Below, in pieces: positions 35,341-44,277 of a stretch of DNA of 64,000 nucleotides. Location: the NCBI GenBank assembly GCA_963720265.1, contig CAVRET010000002.1, positions 456,704 to 520,703 of the forward strand, in the 5' to 3' direction. Numbering within the stretch: the first letter of the stretch is position 1; the number at the start of each line of letters is the position of its first letter. The notes beneath the pieces were generated by a model. It made no database searches. It had not been told where the DNA came from and saw only the letters and a program-made list of their open reading frames with translations. The position numbers were made by a program, and so were the translations under genes. This stretch comes from an uncultured bacterium (GTDB lineage: Bacteria > Patescibacteriota > Saccharimonadia > UBA4664).

Positions 35341-36132
35341 ATGAAATTACCCATCATGGCCAATGTAACCTTTAAAACTCCTCACGGCTTATTGCAGCTT
35401 CAAGGCGCACCGGATATAGGCCACTTTAACCAGCGATTGAAGGCCTATTTTGAAGATGAATTCAAGAATCCAGACGCGCTGTCCTCTTACTCAAATTTTC
35501 AAAAGATTTTAAACAAAAAGGCAAAAGAGGTATCTCATTTAAGGATTTACGATTTTGAAGCTGAACAAAGGGTAGGCGAGTTAGTGGTTGTATCTGCAAT
35601 AGCAGCTACGTTAAACCACATTCACGGCATGGCACTTATACCAGGATGGCAGAGGTCAGGGCAGCAAGTGATCATGGAGCAAGAGTTCGGCAAAAAGAGC
35701 TGGGATGGATTTGTGTATGAGACCCCTACGGATGGTACCGATAAGGCTTTTCCAAATTTCGTAGAGGTAAAATCAACTATGGTAAACCCAAGTGAAGACG
35801 TAATGAGCCCGAATGAATTGATGAACAGCAGACTCGAACAGTACAGAAAACACTTTCAATCTTCTGACACAATCTGTGCAATATTCATCATGCCCTATAC
35901 TGCCCCTGGAGAGCGGCTTCGATTCGACCTTAAAGACGCTACGGAAAAACTTAACAATGTGGTTGCGGATGGCGCTATGGGTAGTATCTGTCTGCTCAGC
36001 TTTCCGACCAATGAGAGCGGACAGACGGTAATGACCATTCATTGCTATCTAGTAAACAAAAACCCAAAGCTTGGTAAGAATGGAAAAATTGATAACGTCA
36101 GTTTAGGAAAACTTGAGTTAGCGGACTTTTAA
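35341..36132 (+). CDS. hypothetical protein (AT-rich gene)
   Basis: 263 aa. Clean ORF. No family recognised. Confidence 0.55.
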   Translation: MKLPIMANVTFKTPHGLLQLQGAPDIGHFNQRLKAYFEDEFKNPDALSSYSNFQKILNKKAKEVSHLRIYDFEAEQRVGELVVVSAIAATLNHIHGMALIPGWQRSGQQVIMEQEFGKKSWDGFVYETPTDGTDKAFPNFVEVKSTMVNPSEDVMSPNELMNSRLEQYRKHFQSSDTICAIFIMPYTAPGERLRFDLKDATEKLNNVVADGAMGSICLLSFPTNESGQTVMTIHCYLVNKNPKLGKNGKIDNVSLGKLELADF

Positions 36133-36168
36133 GATTATAGCGATGGTGCGTTAGGAGAGGCGATTACT

Positions 36169-36245
36169 GACCGAAACCTAATATCATTCACCATCCGTGC
36201 AATCTCTCCGTTCGCTGTTCGAAACTTGAACCATAGCTCGCCCCA
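36169..36245 (+). repeat. Repeat A: att-like imperfect direct repeat ending in the tRNA-His 3' core
   Basis: gaccgaaacctaatatcattcaccatc...aatctc...gttcgaaacttgaaccatagctcgcccca. Shares 'ctcgcccca' with tRNA-His 26107-26115. Confidence 0.7.
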
Positions 36246-36350
36246 AAGAACTTATGCTTAAAAAGGTGTTAACTCGCCTTTTTTGTTGCCAAAAGCAAGG
36301 ACGCCCTGGTTGGGCGTCCCGCTAATGCAGGAGCCCAACCAGGGCGTAGT

Positions 36351-37481
36351 TCAGGCGGCCTCGAGGACGAGGTTCGCCAGTTCGGACAGGTCGTGCCGGT
36401 TGCCCTGCCGCCAGCCGAGGTGGTAGGCCTCGTAGACCGGCGGGTCGTTCGGCCGGCCCAGGGTGTTGGGCACAGCGACCCGGTCGCTGGCAACGATCGC
36501 GCCCTCGTAACCGTAGAAGTACTTCAGCGCGCCGGGCAGGCCCAGGGCGAGGTCTTCGGGCGACGAGCACTGGTCGTTGTTGCAGCAGGGCAACGGCTGG
36601 CCAAGCACCACCACCGAGGTGTCGGGGTGCTGCTGGTACAACTCGATCGCCGCGTCCGAGTTCAGCGCCGGCAGGAGCTGGATGGTCGGCAGGTCGGGGA
36701 AGGCGGCCAGGATGGCTGTCTGCCACACTGGGTCCGCCTCGGCCACGATGACCTTGGTGACGTTCACCCAGGCCCGGTCGGGCTCGACCTGCACGAAACC
36801 GAGCAGGTCGCGGAGGTACTCCTCGAGCAAGCCGCCCTTGAAGGGCTGCCCGTCGAATTCGTCCTCCACCGGCCCTCGCAACGCCTTGAGCAGTCGCCGC
36901 CGCAGGCCCCGGATGAGGCCGTAGTGCGCCAGCAGCTCGTAGACGGCGGTGTTGTAAAGCCGGTGGTTCTTGTGGTACCACTTCAGGCTCGGCACGCGGC
37001 CGTAGAGGTCCTCGTCCATGTCGCACGTGCAGTTGCCGTCCCGGTCGGGGGCGAGGCCGCTGGCGAAGGCGTTGTGGACCTCGGAGGGCCGACGGGTCGC
37101 GGCGAACTTCTCGAACGTCGCCAGCCAGCCCAGCACTTCCGTGAGGGCCTCCTGCTCGCGCAGAAGATCGATCATCCGGTAGAGATACCACGCGCCGCCG
37201 CTGGGGTCCTCGGGCCGAGGCTTGAGCTGACGTACAGCGAGTGCCGCCTTGACGTCGCCCTGCTCCCTGGCGGCCTTGAATGCACGGGCGTGCTCTTTGG
37301 CCTCCTCGGTCCAGGGGTACTGGTCATCGAACGGCAGGGGCTCAGTGTTGATCGCCAGCGTCAGGCTGATGCTGTAGCGCCGCATCACCCTCCGCAGCAT
37401 GGCGAGCATCCGGTCGACGGACGCGAGCCGGCGCCGCATGTGATCGAGCGTCGGGGTGGACGTGACGAGGGTCTCGCTCAT
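36351..37481 (-). CDS. Hypothetical protein, strongly GC-rich single-gene cassette between repeats A and B
   Basis: 376 aa with normal composition. The overlapping ORFs in other frames (36393..37487 +, 36322..37191 -) are R/G/V/P-rich artefacts of high GC. Confidence 0.55.
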   Translation of the reverse strand: MSETLVTSTPTLDHMRRRLASVDRMLAMLRRVMRRYSISLTLAINTEPLPFDDQYPWTEEAKEHARAFKAAREQGDVKAALAVRQLKPRPEDPSGGAWYLYRMIDLLREQEALTEVLGWLATFEKFAATRRPSEVHNAFASGLAPDRDGNCTCDMDEDLYGRVPSLKWYHKNHRLYNTAVYELLAHYGLIRGLRRRLLKALRGPVEDEFDGQPFKGGLLEEYLRDLLGFVQVEPDRAWVNVTKVIVAEADPVWQTAILAAFPDLPTIQLLPALNSDAAIELYQQHPDTSVVVLGQPLPCCNNDQCSSPEDLALGLPGALKYFYGYEGAIVASDRVAVPNTLGRPNDPPVYEAYHLGWRQGNRHDLSELANLVLEAA

Positions 37482-37616
37482 AGCTAAGCGTCACCTCCCT
37501 TTCTGGATAGGAACGGAACAACATTACTGTAGAACTAGGAAATATCATAACACATAATGACAAAAATTACAAGTATAAGCGCTGGCAGTACTTCACTTTC
37601 GGCTCAACTCAGCACT

Positions 37617-37696
37617 GAGCGGAACCGAATATCATTCACCATCGCCAAAATCTCGCTCAAACACTGGGTTCGAAACGTGAACCATACCTCGCCCCA
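37617..37696 (+). repeat. Repeat B (same family as A)
   Basis: gagcggaaccgaatatcattcaccatcgccaaaatctcgctcaaacactgggttcgaaacgtgaaccatacctcgcccca. Confidence 0.7.
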
Positions 37697-37958
37697 TTGC
37701 AATTATAGAAATAATAACTTCACAGAGCCATTAGTTTGTTTAATCGGGCTCAACCCCAAAAGCTACTTTCGAGCCAACTTTCGAGCCAACAATACTTGCA
37801 ATTTTGATAAAAACATGCTAATGTAATAAGCATTCGATCGTGAGATTGGATAATTTTGACATGGATTTGGGCCGGATTATTGCTCCACACCCGTGTGGCA
37901 ATAACCCGGCCCAGGATAATAGGATATCCAGGCCAGCGCTCTAGAAAGGATTCGCACC

Positions 37959-38495
37959 ATGAGCGCATCACACCTAACCCGCCCCGCCCGTCAGGATATG
38001 GTGGATCGGACGATCGACGACCTCTACCGGCTCCTGGGCATCGGCCGAGCGGACATCTTCGAAACGGAGACCTTGCTCCAGAGGGCATACGAGGGCTTGC
38101 CTAAGTACCCCGACGACAAATACTTCCAAATCTCGGTTGCGTGGCCGTACGTCAGCCGCGATGTCACCGAACTGCTACGGCACTTCAACGAGCCCGAGAA
38201 CATGTGGGACCGACACCGGCAGCTTGCTGCCATTTGCCTGGTTCTACGCATGCAGGCCCGGGCTCTGGAGCGGCCGCTCTTCGAGCCGATCGACCACTCA
38301 CAGTGGATCTACCTGGGTTCGATGCGTACCGATGGGGGCCTCGTCGACCTGTGGGGCGCCCGCGACTGGGAGACTGTCGACGTCCGTTGGGCGCAAGGAA
38401 CCCTCAGGCGCACTGGTGCGACGACTTCCCCGGACCTTCGGATCCGCGAGGCGTACCGTCGGCTCCAGCGCGCCTACCACGGCCCCGATATCTGA
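37959..38495 (+). CDS. Hypothetical protein, single-gene cassette between repeats B and C
   Basis: 178 aa. GC-rich. No family recognised. Confidence 0.5.
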   Translation: MSASHLTRPARQDMVDRTIDDLYRLLGIGRADIFETETLLQRAYEGLPKYPDDKYFQISVAWPYVSRDVTELLRHFNEPENMWDRHRQLAAICLVLRMQARALERPLFEPIDHSQWIYLGSMRTDGGLVDLWGARDWETVDVRWAQGTLRRTGATTSPDLRIREAYRRLQRAYHGPDI

Positions 38496-38589
38496 TCCAT
38501 GTCATGCCCGCGCCCCGGTGCTCGTTGCCGGGCCGGGCCTGGCCTGAACTTTGAATCAAACATTCAAATTTCAGGGCAGGCTCAACACC

Positions 38590-38669
38590 GACCGAAACCG
38601 AATATCGTTCACCATCTTCAAAATCTCGCCAGCAAATCGGGTTCGAGACGCGCACATTAGCTCGCCCCA
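38590..38669 (+). repeat. Repeat C (same family)
   Basis: gaccgaaaccgaatatcgttcaccatcttcaaaatctcgccagcaaatcgggttcgagacgcgcacattagctcgcccca. Confidence 0.7.
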
Positions 38670-38881
38670 TTTAGCATTTATTGCGGCAATAGCCGCATTT
38701 TTCTCCTCTAGCTACATGGAACTATCATTGTTTTAGGGCAAGTCCAAGACCGTATCACTGAAACCCTCAATTTGCGCGCAATTAGTGCGCGACTTATTGA
38801 AAAGCAAACCCGTTAGTTCTATAGTTTCGCGTACGCCCCCGGATGAGAGGATCGTTTGGTGTTCGTAGACATGAGATCAAG

Positions 38882-39349
38882 ATGACCTGGCTGTCCAGGG
38901 AATCGGGCCTGTCCCGCCTCGTACTGTTCATAATCGCGGTGCACATGACAGCTACTTGGCTGATTGTGCATTGGCTCGCTACGGGCCAGCAGTCAGCCGC
39001 GCTCACGTTGCTTCTGCCCGAGTTCGGCTGCGCGCTGTTCGTTGGGGTGATGGACGTCGCGGGCTTGGGTTCGGTCAAGGACATCGCTACCGAGGATGCC
39101 CACGGCCGTGCAGCCAGAATACTCGCGATCGTAGGGCCCGGTGTACTGGCTGTGCTCGTCTGTGTCATCGCTACCACGGCCATTCTGGATGCGGAGCATT
39201 ACCACGCCCTCGGTGGCATCCAGTGGGTCTTCGCCACCGTGTTCCTCATTGGAACTATCACTATGATCGGCTGGGCCTGCTTCACCCTTATAGCCTGGCT
39301 GATCTGGATCGCGATTCCGCCGCCGGATGAAGACATGCGGCGTACGTGA
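38882..39349 (+). CDS. Hypothetical polytopic membrane protein
   Basis: 4-5 predicted TM helices. Start uncertain (ORF-track start is 38843). Confidence 0.45.
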   Translation: MTWLSRESGLSRLVLFIIAVHMTATWLIVHWLATGQQSAALTLLLPEFGCALFVGVMDVAGLGSVKDIATEDAHGRAARILAIVGPGVLAVLVCVIATTAILDAEHYHALGGIQWVFATVFLIGTITMIGWACFTLIAWLIWIAIPPPDEDMRRT

Positions 39350-39584
39350 GACCCAGATGGTACTCGTGAGTACACTGTAGCCCGGTAACAACAACCTACC
39401 CCGCAAGACGCCAAAGAGCGAACAAACCGTTCGGCCTGGTGGTCGGCGGGGCGTTCGCTGCCAGCCCGGCAACACTGATCCCAACTACACATTGGCCAAC
39501 GTCGGCAACAACAAGCAGATAAATCCATCTATTTGTGATCATTAATTTGGCCTTAGTACAGTGCGAATACCTTCCACGGTGCGG

Positions 39585-39599
39585 CCCCAAAGAACTTAT
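39585..39599 (+). repeat. Partial copy D of the junction sequence 'ccccaaagaacttat' seen at the end of repeat A
   Basis: 15-bp identity with 36241-36255. A possible distal att remnant or original attB flank. Confidence 0.4.
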
Positions 39600-39603
39600 A
39601 TTT

Positions 39604-40257
39604 CTAACGGCCGTCAACAAGTCGGCCGCATAGCATATAGAATCCGAACACAATCAACCAAATTGATTGCGGATAGGCCACCACCCGTTCTATTCCGCCG
39701 GCGCCAAGTCCCAGGTATAGGTGAGTTTCAGTCAGCAGCAGTGCGCACAGTGCGATCACGCCGGAGAAAATTGTGTAGTATTTCAGGGACACAGGTAATT
39801 TCAGGGACAATCCCAGAATTATCAGACTTACATTCCCGCTAATGAAAACCAGCGATGCGCCAAGCGTGTGCGATACGATGTTTACATTTTCCGGGTACAG
39901 TCCTACAAGCAACGTACCCACACCCGCGATTACCATAAGGCCAAACCCGACGGCCGCACCACGGTATGCTGTAAATGCACGGTATATCAGAACCGACCCC
40001 GCGATCATCGTAATCCCTAGCACAATAAAGGAGCCGTTCATCAACACATGCTGCGGCGAACAAACAAGTCGACCCGAATATCGCCCACAGTCGGAATTGC
40101 CCAGGTCGCTGATCAGGTTGTTAGACAGGCTGTAATGCCAAGGCCAGGCCTGTGCAACTAGAATCTGAACCACATAGTATTGAATACTCAGCAGCCATAG
40201 GACGGCCCCGATGCATGGATGGTGGCGCACAAATGTGTCTATATACTTTGATCTCAT
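39604..40257 (-). CDS. Hypothetical polytopic membrane protein
   Basis: 217 aa with about 6 TM helices. Confidence 0.55.
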   Translation of the reverse strand: MRSKYIDTFVRHHPCIGAVLWLLSIQYYVVQILVAQAWPWHYSLSNNLISDLGNSDCGRYSGRLVCSPQHVLMNGSFIVLGITMIAGSVLIYRAFTAYRGAAVGFGLMVIAGVGTLLVGLYPENVNIVSHTLGASLVFISGNVSLIILGLSLKLPVSLKYYTIFSGVIALCALLLTETHLYLGLGAGGIERVVAYPQSIWLIVFGFYMLCGRLVDGR

Positions 40258-40403
40258 AATCCAAGGCTAACATGCATGTTGCCGTCTAGAACACAAAACA
40301 TAAGTTCGAATACCCTCAACGCTGAGGGCGCATAATTCTTATACTTAAAGAGGCCTTGCTGAGCCTCTTTTTTAAGATGCGGTGAAAATATCAACAGTCG
40401 CCT

Positions 40404-40916
40404 TTACCCGAAGTGCTGCACAAACAAAAAGGGGTGGAAGCTGGCACTGAACGTGCCAGCTTCCACCACATCGGATAAATTTACCGCCCTAAGCGGAGGT
40501 GAGGGGCTCGCCGCGACCCCGAGCGCGCGCTCCACTATCGAGAGGAACTGCTCGGCGCATTGCAGATGGCGATCAGCCTCTTTTGCAGATGCCCCGCTCG
40601 GCAACCCAGCCTCTGTGGCTGCACGCTTGGGAGCACAGCCCGCAAAGTAGGCCGCCCACTGGGCGAGGTCGGGCCCCGCCTCGGCAAGCCTAGGTTCCAG
40701 CTCGGCGAGTTGCTCCCATACGTTGCGCATGCTCCTTCTGCGTCGTGGAGAAGGCACGCCCTTGGCTGCCACCACTGCTGCAACGGCACGAAGCGCCGCG
40801 AAATGCGCTGCCACATATCGGGCGCGGGGTGCTGAATCGCCGGCCGCATCGGCAAGGCTCATACGCGCCTTTCGTAGCAGGCTGGGCACAGCCGGCGACA
40901 CAATCTCATTTGTCAT
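40404..40916 (-). CDS. HEPN-domain protein, SAV_6107-like
   Basis: 'ARYVAAHFAALRAVAAVVAAKGVPSPRRRRSMRNVWEQLAELEPRLAEAGPDLAQWAAYFAG' resembles the actinobacterial SAV_6107 HEPN family as I recall it. GC-rich. Confidence 0.45.
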   Translation of the reverse strand: MTNEIVSPAVPSLLRKARMSLADAAGDSAPRARYVAAHFAALRAVAAVVAAKGVPSPRRRRSMRNVWEQLAELEPRLAEAGPDLAQWAAYFAGCAPKRAATEAGLPSGASAKEADRHLQCAEQFLSIVERALGVAASPSPPLRAVNLSDVVEAGTFSASFHPFLFVQHFG

Positions 40917-41060
40917 ATCCCCTCCTCGGAGGCAACATCATTCCACTACACATAGAACACGTCAACCCTATTGTAAAAGATTTACAATAAACAGTCAATC
41001 TTGAGCGAGCGCACCAAAGACCAAATCGATCTGGCCAGAGACCAACGGCATGCTAAGCAC

Positions 41061-42146
41061 TCACGCCTCGTTAAAGGCGCGCATCTCATCTCTAAAGCCA
41101 TTTTTTATACGGCCAAAATACGCTCGCACCGCCGCATCGTGCTGCGTGCACCCAAGCACGGCAATACCGAGCAGCACTAGCAACGGCCCAGTGCTCGGGT
41201 CAGTTGCAAGGCCTGTATAGTACCCCCCCAGACTTTGCCCAACCACCCAAAAAACGATCGAGAGCACGCTACCTATACCAACCGCGAGTACCCGCATAAA
41301 CCCAGGAATGATAACCGCAAAGGCAATTACCAGCTGTAACAGTGCGACAAGGAGCAAGAACCAAAATCCAGACACTTTTTGGGCGTGCGGGCCTAATGTA
41401 GCAGTATCTGTTTGTGGCGCCGACATTGCCATGCCCGGCATACCGGCCATCGAATCCGGCTCCACCGTGGTTGTCCCAAAAGCACCCAAAATGTGAGCCG
41501 CTCGGTTATCAGCTTGAGCGAGCCACTTTGGCGCCCCCTCGGCATTAGCGGAGATCATCGTGCTCATATCGGCAACCGTATTTTGTCCGGGCAAAACTTG
41601 GTAAATCGAGCCGAGCGTCCATATGCCGGCCCAGGCCCACACCAACCAATAGGCCGGCCGCCGGTCCGCGCCGCCGGCCTCCGGGACCCGTCGTGGTAAT
41701 ACTCCTAGGGCGAGAAAAACATAAATCAGAGCAGCTCCCGGTAGGCCCATCAGCATCACGGCATGCCAGCTGGCCAGCCCGCCGAATGCTTCACCAATGT
41801 ACCAAACAAACAGGCCCCAACCCACTGATGCCCAAAGGCCGAACATCGCCGTCCGTTTCCACAAGATGAGTACGCCGAGACCCAGTTGAACGAGTGCAAT
41901 GCCGGTATTCGCCAAAGCCGGATGCCACACAAATATGCTTATAAAAAAATGCATCGGTCCACTTATGAATGCCGGCTGCCCCTGTGCCGCTTGAAATATA
42001 ACAACGTCGGCAAACTGAGTAGTAAACATATGCGGCTGCAGCTGCAGCAGACCATCGAGTAGCCATAAAACACTTAAGGCAATTTGTATGCCCCGCCCCG
42101 TGATCTTCAGCGCAAACAGCGAACCAGACCATCGCTCCATGCTCAT
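41061..42146 (-). CDS. Hypothetical polytopic membrane protein (DoxX-like?)
   Basis: 361 aa with about 9 TM helices. Confidence 0.55.
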   Translation of the reverse strand: MSMERWSGSLFALKITGRGIQIALSVLWLLDGLLQLQPHMFTTQFADVVIFQAAQGQPAFISGPMHFFISIFVWHPALANTGIALVQLGLGVLILWKRTAMFGLWASVGWGLFVWYIGEAFGGLASWHAVMLMGLPGAALIYVFLALGVLPRRVPEAGGADRRPAYWLVWAWAGIWTLGSIYQVLPGQNTVADMSTMISANAEGAPKWLAQADNRAAHILGAFGTTTVEPDSMAGMPGMAMSAPQTDTATLGPHAQKVSGFWFLLLVALLQLVIAFAVIIPGFMRVLAVGIGSVLSIVFWVVGQSLGGYYTGLATDPSTGPLLVLLGIAVLGCTQHDAAVRAYFGRIKNGFRDEMRAFNEA

Positions 42147-42160
42147 ATGGTATATCTTCT

Positions 42161-42895
42161 ATGGTTATGCCGCCAACCCTGACTCACCCAGGGGTGCTCC
42201 GAATCAGCAACTATGACGTAGAACCATTGGCCGCACGGTCATACACTCTGGCCATGGACCTCGCAACAATCGCATCATTGGCAACGGCTTTCGGCACGCT
42301 GGTGCTGGCCGTGGCGACGTTCGCGTCGGTGCGCTCTTCCAGCCGCAGCGCCAAAGTTACGGAACGCGCCTTTTTGGTCGCGAGCCGGCCCTTATTGGTG
42401 CCGTCGAACATTGTGGATCCACCGGAAAAAATTCGCTTTCAGGACGGGCGCTGGATCAAAATCGCCGGCGGCCACGCGTACGCCGAAGCAGGCGACCAGG
42501 CAGTAATTTTTGCCATCGCCCTGCGCAATGCCGGACAGGGCTTGGCCTTACTCGACCGCTGGCGAGCGGACACTGCCACTACTCCCGAGGATTTCAGCGC
42601 CATACCGCCTGAGCTCGGGAACTACCGCCGCCTGAGCCGCGATATCTATGTAACGGCCAGCCTAACCGGCTTCTGGCAGGGTGCTATCCGCGACCCTCTC
42701 GACCCCCAGTTTGACGACCTCGTCGCAGCGATTCGGGAACAGCACGTAATTATGATCGACATTGAATACGCCGACCAAGACGGTGGCCAGCGCACCATCA
42801 GTCGCTTTGCCCTGTCGCACCACGGTGACGACGACCAGGAGTGGCTAGCCTCAGTTGCCCGTCATTGGCGCCTTGACGGCCACAATCCGCGCTAG
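42161..42895 (+). CDS. Hypothetical membrane-anchored protein
   Basis: TM 'MDLATIASLATAFGTLVLAVATFASV', then a soluble domain. Confidence 0.5.
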   Translation: MVMPPTLTHPGVLRISNYDVEPLAARSYTLAMDLATIASLATAFGTLVLAVATFASVRSSSRSAKVTERAFLVASRPLLVPSNIVDPPEKIRFQDGRWIKIAGGHAYAEAGDQAVIFAIALRNAGQGLALLDRWRADTATTPEDFSAIPPELGNYRRLSRDIYVTASLTGFWQGAIRDPLDPQFDDLVAAIREQHVIMIDIEYADQDGGQRTISRFALSHHGDDDQEWLASVARHWRLDGHNPR

Positions 42896-42916
42896 CGGCT
42901 CAGGTATAATCGCCCC

Positions 42917-43399
42917 ATGGCTAGTCTTGCCGACCACTTTCACCATCCCGGTGTTCAACTCGCCCGAATCAGTAACGCTGACATTGATGCCACCGCCGCG
43001 CTCATCAACGCCGCTTACGCCTATCAGGATACGCACAAGGGTGAGCCGCGCACCAATTCTGCACATTTGCGCAAAAGCGTGGCGGAAAATGAATTCTATG
43101 TCGCCAAACAGGAGGCCGAAATCGTTGGCTGCGTGTATGTGAAATCCGGGCCGAAGCTCGTTCATTTTGGCCTGCTAACGGTCGCGGACAAACTCAGAGG
43201 AAAGGGCCTCGGATCCGCTCTCATCGCAGCCGTAGCGGCGTACGCCAAGAGCATTGACGCCGAAACGGTCGAGCTCGACTACATGTCGGCCGCACCCTGG
43301 CTCAAAAACTACTATGAGCAACACGGCTATACCGAAACCGGCTTGGTCAGAAATTGGGGAACGATCGAGCTTATTCGCATGTCTAAAGCGCTTCGTTAA
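42917..43399 (+). CDS. GNAT family N-acetyltransferase
   Basis: 'IVGCVYVKSG...LLTVADKLRGKGLGSALIAAV' acetyl-CoA binding motif A. Confidence 0.8.
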   Translation: MASLADHFHHPGVQLARISNADIDATAALINAAYAYQDTHKGEPRTNSAHLRKSVAENEFYVAKQEAEIVGCVYVKSGPKLVHFGLLTVADKLRGKGLGSALIAAVAAYAKSIDAETVELDYMSAAPWLKNYYEQHGYTETGLVRNWGTIELIRMSKALR

Positions 43400-43850
43400 T
43401 GTGTTTGCGTTCGGCCTCAAACATCGCAGCCGACCTGCGGAAGTAGTCTGACAACACCTCGAGCTCTTGACGAGAGTAGCTATCGAGCAGCTGATTCTGG
43501 GCTACGCGAACCGAAGTAAAAAGTGGCCTGAACCGGTGAGCCGCCTGCGTATCGAGCGCAACCAAGGTACCGCGCCGGTCGTCTGGGTTAACCCGGCGCT
43601 GAACTAGGCCGCTCTTTTCCAGCCGGTCGATCATAGCCGTAGTTGAGCCGGAGCTCAGGCTCGTATATCTGGCCAGTTCCGAAGGCGTGGCGGTACCCCG
43701 GAAAAAGATCAGGTCAAGTCCCTCAAAGTCTGTTGAGTGAAGACCCAGCTTCTTACCGATGGCGTTGCGAAATAACGTGTAGCTAATGCCGCTTTCGCGG
43801 CTGTCCACCACAACCTGCTGCTTTAGTTCGCTGGTGTTCTCTAAGGGCAT
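43383..43850 (-). CDS. MarR family transcriptional regulator
   Basis: 'LHSTDFEGLDLIFFRGTATPSELARYTSLSSGSTTAMIDRLEKSGLVQRRVNPDDRRGTLVALD' winged HTH. Start set at the internal Met (the ORF-track extension is a TM-like artefact). The exact start coordinate is ±3 nt uncertain. Confidence 0.7.
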   Translation of the reverse strand: MPLENTSELKQQVVVDSRESGISYTLFRNAIGKKLGLHSTDFEGLDLIFFRGTATPSELARYTSLSSGSTTAMIDRLEKSGLVQRRVNPDDRRGTLVALDTQAAHRFRPLFTSVRVAQNQLLDSYSRQELEVLSDYFRRSAAMFEAERKHINEAL

Positions 43851-43932
43851 ATCGTTGCCTTTGACATTATCTCGATAGTAAAGTATCTTGATTATATAGA
43901 TTAATGCTATGCAATACAAGAGGAGATAGAGT

Positions 43933-44259
43933 ATGGCCAACAATATTAAACTCATTGCGTTTCCAGCCAAGGATTTGGAAAAAGCCAAAAAGTTTTACAA
44001 CACGTTTTTAGGAACCGAACCGTACGTAGATGGTTCGTGGTACGTCGGATACAAGGTCGGTGATACCGAAGTTGGGTTGGACCCCAATGGCACAGCGATC
44101 ATCAGCTACATTGATGTCGACGATATTGAAGCCAGTCTAAGAACCCTCAAGGAAGCCGGCGCCAAAGTCGTAAAAGGCAGCACCAACGTCGGCGGCGGTC
44201 TGCTGATCGCTCAAGTCGAGATCGACGCCAATGTCATGGGCCTAAGGCAGCAACCGTAA
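43933..44259 (+). CDS. VOC/glyoxalase-family protein
   Basis: 108 aa, betaalphabetabetabeta-type (KLIAFPAKDLEKAKKFY...). Confidence 0.65.
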   Translation: MANNIKLIAFPAKDLEKAKKFYNTFLGTEPYVDGSWYVGYKVGDTEVGLDPNGTAIISYIDVDDIEASLRTLKEAGAKVVKGSTNVGGGLLIAQVEIDANVMGLRQQP

Positions 44260-44277
44260 CCAGAAAGGGACTCGCAG

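Larger units (their letters stand above)
26038..36245. mobile_element. Integrative element (prophage remnant or genomic island) inserted at the 3' end of tRNA-His, ~10 kb, encoding a large serine recombinase
   Basis: The recombinase gene abuts and overlaps the tRNA 3' end. The right boundary is an ~77-bp repeat ending in the tRNA-His 3' core 'ctcgcccca' (36237-36245). Cargo is phage-like and defence-like, with variable GC (a low-GC block at about 33300-36150). Confidence 0.7.

Noticed and set aside
36322-37487. Alternative long ORFs in the GC-rich cassette (36393..37487 +, 364 aa; 36322..37191 -, 289 aa)
   Set aside because: Their R/G/V/P/A-dominated, K/F/Y/W-poor composition is typical of non-coding frames in high-GC DNA. 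The 376-aa minus-strand frame has a balanced composition.
36169-38669. Possibility that the ~80-bp repeats are a CRISPR array or tRNA pseudogenes
   Set aside because: Spacing is 1.0-1.4 kb with a whole gene between copies, so this is not a CRISPR array. No acceptor-stem partner (ggcgag) lies upstream, so they cannot fold as tRNAs. They match only the 3' quarter of tRNA-His.
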